Source: Clostridiales bacterium
GTDB lineage: Bacteria > Bacillota > Clostridia > Clostridiales > Caloramatoraceae
Direction: 5' to 3'
Assembly (NCBI GenBank): GCA_029240935.1
Contig: JARDZI010000001.1
Span: 1 to 45,882 of the forward strand
DNA: 45,882 nucleotides
Under the pieces are notes generated by a model. That model ran no database searches and was not told the DNA's origin. It saw only the letters and a list, made by a program, of their open reading frames with translations. Position 1 is the stretch's first letter. Each line of letters starts with the position of its first letter. Both the position numbers and the translations under genes were made by a program. Positions 43,700 to 45,882 of this stretch are shown here, piece after piece.

Positions 43700-44581
43700 T
43701 TACCCCATTACCATCTCAACAAACCTTGCTGAAGCAGAGGAAAGAGACACTCCTTTTAGGAAGCAAAATCCGATGGACCGCTGAGGAATCTTTTCAACTG
43801 TTTCCACCTCATATAATACTTTGTTTTCCAAGTATTTCTTGGAAAACTCCCTTACAACGCAAGCTACTCCTAAATTGATTTTTGCAAAATCTAATAATAA
43901 ATCATGTGAACCAAGCTCTATATCTGGAGTTAGCTTAACTCCCTTTGATAGAATAAAATTCTCCACAAACTGCCTTGAATTGGATTTGTGGTCAAGGAGG
44001 ATAAGGGGAAGTTTTGCTATTTCTTCAAAGCTTAATGCTTTGGATAATGCCTCTTTATACTTCTCTCCACATACAAAAACATCCTGAACATCCATACATT
44101 TTTGTATTTCTATGGATGGGTCCTTTATAGGCAGGTTGCATAGTGCCATGTCTATTTCTCCAGACTTTATCATTGTGCAGAGCTCAAGGGTTGTTCGGTT
44201 CATTATTTTAAGCTTTATATTTGGAGATTGATTATGAAATTCCTCCAAATAGGGGAGTAAAAAATATCTGGAAATGGTATCTCCAACTCCTATTTTCAAT
44301 TCTCCAAACATTAAACTCTTAGCATCTTGAAGCTTTTTTTCCCCAGCATTTATTAAATTAATTGCTGAGTTTGTATATTCATAAAGTAACTGTCCCTCGT
44401 TTGTGAGCATTACTCCCCTGGAGGTTCGTGTAAACAGACGAACTTCAAGTTCACCTTCAAGCTGCATAATTGCTTGACTCACAGCAGGCTGCGTCATATA
44501 TAGTTTCTTAGCAGCGTTGGAGAAGCTTTGATTTTTGGCTACCTCACAGAAAACCTTATACAAATCTAATTTTGCAATCAT
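43700..44581 (-). CDS. LysR-family transcriptional regulator
   Basis: HTH FSNAAKKLYMTQPAVSQAIMQLE plus a LysR substrate-binding domain. Start at ATG 44581 (MIAKLDLYK, AAGGAGTG RBS) rather than the upstream alternative start at 44608. Confidence 0.85.
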   Translation of the reverse strand: MIAKLDLYKVFCEVAKNQSFSNAAKKLYMTQPAVSQAIMQLEGELEVRLFTRTSRGVMLTNEGQLLYEYTNSAINLINAGEKKLQDAKSLMFGELKIGVGDTISRYFLLPYLEEFHNQSPNIKLKIMNRTTLELCTMIKSGEIDMALCNLPIKDPSIEIQKCMDVQDVFVCGEKYKEALSKALSFEEIAKLPLILLDHKSNSRQFVENFILSKGVKLTPDIELGSHDLLLDFAKINLGVACVVREFSKKYLENKVLYEVETVEKIPQRSIGFCFLKGVSLSSASARFVEMVMG

Positions 44582-44701
44582 ATAAGCACTCCTTATATCT
44601 AATATCAAATGTATTTATTTTACTTATATCATGAATATGGTGTATATTACAAGTGTAAAGTCTATATTTATTCGAAATGATAAGAATAAGGAGATGTTTT
44701 T

Positions 44702-45882
44702 ATGGAAAGAATGGTCGGAACTGTAGTTAGAGGACTTCGTGCTCCAATTGTCAGAAAGGGAGATAGCATAGAAAAAATCGTTGTAAACAGTGTATTAGAT
44801 GCTTCAAAGGCAGAAGGATTTTCATTTAATGACAAGGATGTTGTGGCAGTAACTGAATCAGTAGTTGCCCGTGCACAGGGGAACTATGCAAGCATTGATG
44901 CCATTGCAAAGGATGTAAGCTCAAAGTTTGGAAATGAAACTCTAGGAGTAATATTTCCTATACTAAGCCGTAATAGATTTGCAATTTGTCTTCGAGGTAT
45001 TGCAAAGGGAGCAAAGAAAATTGTTTTAATGCTTAGCTATCCAGCTGATGAGGTAGGGAACCATTTAGTTGATATAGATTTACTTGATGAGAAGGGTGTT
45101 AACCCTTGGACAGATGTTTTAACAGAAAAGCAATTCCGTGAGTATTTTGGATATATCAAGCATACATTTACAGGTGTTGACTATGTAGAATATTATAAAT
45201 CTCTAATAGAAGAATATGGCATTGAATGTGAAATCATATTCTCAAATAATCCTAAGACAATTTTAAGCTATACAAAAAATGTTTTAACCTGTGATATTCA
45301 TACAAGATTTAGAACAAAGAAAATATTAAAAGCTAATGGTGGAGAAAAAATATACAGCCTTGATGATATACTATCAACCTCAATTGATGGGAATGGATAT
45401 AATGAAAAATATGGACTTTTAGGTTCAAATAAAGCAACTGAGGATAGCATTAAGCTTTTTCCAAGGGATTGTCAGCCTGTTGTGGATAAGATCCAGGAGA
45501 TGCTTAAAGCAGCTACTGGAAAAAAGGTTGAAGTTATGGTTTATGGTGATGGTGCATTTAAGGATCCTGTAGGTAAGATATGGGAGCTTGCTGACCCAGT
45601 TGTTTCTCCTGGATATACTTCAGGACTTGAAGGAACACCAAATGAAGTGAAGCTAAAGTATCTTGCAGACAACAACTTCGCTAAGCTACAGGGTGATGAG
45701 CTTAAGAAGGCCATTTCAGAATATATTAAGAACAAGGAATCAGACCTTACAGGAGTTATGGAATCCCAGGGAACTACTCCAAGAAGGCTTACTGATTTGA
45801 TAGGTTCACTCTGTGACCTAACCTCAGGAAGTGGAGATAAGGGAACACCTATAGTATTTATCCAAGGATATTTTGATAATTA
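44702..45882 (+). CDS. CofE-fold (F420-0:gamma-glutamyl ligase family) protein, long form; partial, continues past window end
   Basis: ATG 44702 follows AAGGAGA. The frame stays open to the window edge, so it is not in the ORF track. N-terminus RGLRAPIVRKGDSIEKIV...DKDVVAVTESVVARAQG and C-terminal region LCDLTSGSGDKGTPIVFIQGY match the two conserved CofE blocks. They are separated by a large insertion. Confidence 0.6.
   Translation, partial: MERMVGTVVRGLRAPIVRKGDSIEKIVVNSVLDASKAEGFSFNDKDVVAVTESVVARAQGNYASIDAIAKDVSSKFGNETLGVIFPILSRNRFAICLRGIAKGAKKIVLMLSYPADEVGNHLVDIDLLDEKGVNPWTDVLTEKQFREYFGYIKHTFTGVDYVEYYKSLIEEYGIECEIIFSNNPKTILSYTKNVLTCDIHTRFRTKKILKANGGEKIYSLDDILSTSIDGNGYNEKYGLLGSNKATEDSIKLFPRDCQPVVDKIQEMLKAATGKKVEVMVYGDGAFKDPVGKIWELADPVVSPGYTSGLEGTPNEVKLKYLADNNFAKLQGDELKKAISEYIKNKESDLTGVMESQGTTPRRLTDLIGSLCDLTSGSGDKGTPIVFIQGYFDN

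Noticed and set aside
1-45882. Prophage, IS element, integrative element or known defence system
   Set aside because: I recognised no integrase, transposase, recombinase, phage structural protein, restriction-modification, toxin-antitoxin or other defence-type protein motif in any long ORF. The only mobile-looking features are the short non-coding repeat families.

Overview
This is a low-GC, Clostridia-like chromosomal segment with GGAGG-type RBSs, spore-associated protein families and an Etf-dependent lactate dehydrogenase operon. I call 40 protein-coding genes; two run off the window edges and are absent from the ORF track. I see no rRNA, tRNA, CRISPR array, transposase or integrase. All homology calls are by-eye motif recognition, not searches.

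Gene content, in order:
- 1-6737: a MurF-like Mur ligase divergent from three consecutive YheC/YheD-type ATP-grasp ligases, with a convergent KamA-family radical-SAM enzyme. That enzyme carries the glutamate (not lysine) 2,3-aminomutase signature.
- 7049-8907: two paralogous Cys-rich coat-like proteins, one with a perfect KESY tandem repeat.
- 9122-9949: a short soluble MCP-domain protein.
- 10127-14418: GntR regulator, EtfB, ferredoxin-EtfA and an FAD-linked LDH (lct-type lactate operon).
- 14723-16051: an amidinotransferase-fold enzyme and a bacterial PH-domain protein.
- 16272-21120: LivJHMGF-type ABC importer.
- 21152-24105: MBOAT plus an SGNH/DltD-like partner.
- 24306-27015: a ykkC-family riboswitch with a terminator platform, in front of an ABC-2 transporter (ATPase plus two permeases).
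- 27075-31347: small accessory genes (SRPBCC, nitroreductase, AEC transporter, membrane protein, Isf-like flavoprotein, lipoprotein).
- 31504-36323: Bce-type peptide-antibiotic sensing and detoxification module (RR, HK, BceA, BceB) with a recognisable regulator box.
- 36371-39633: heterodimeric ABC exporter.
- 39872-43605: PucR-type regulator divergent from a 2-enoate/2,4-dienoyl-CoA reductase.
- 43700-45882: LysR regulator divergent from a long CofE-fold ligase (partial).

The most interesting candidate for an undescribed system is the 1-8.9 kb locus. Four ATP-dependent amide ligases plus a beta-glutamate-forming aminomutase sit next to coat-like proteins, which suggests a ribosome-independent beta-amino-acid peptide or polyamide pathway, possibly spore-associated.

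The second striking property is a dense set of related palindromic intergenic repeat families. They supply most of the hairpin terminators, interrupt two apparent operons, create spurious ORFs, and form a perfect 27-nt inverted pair bracketing two genes.
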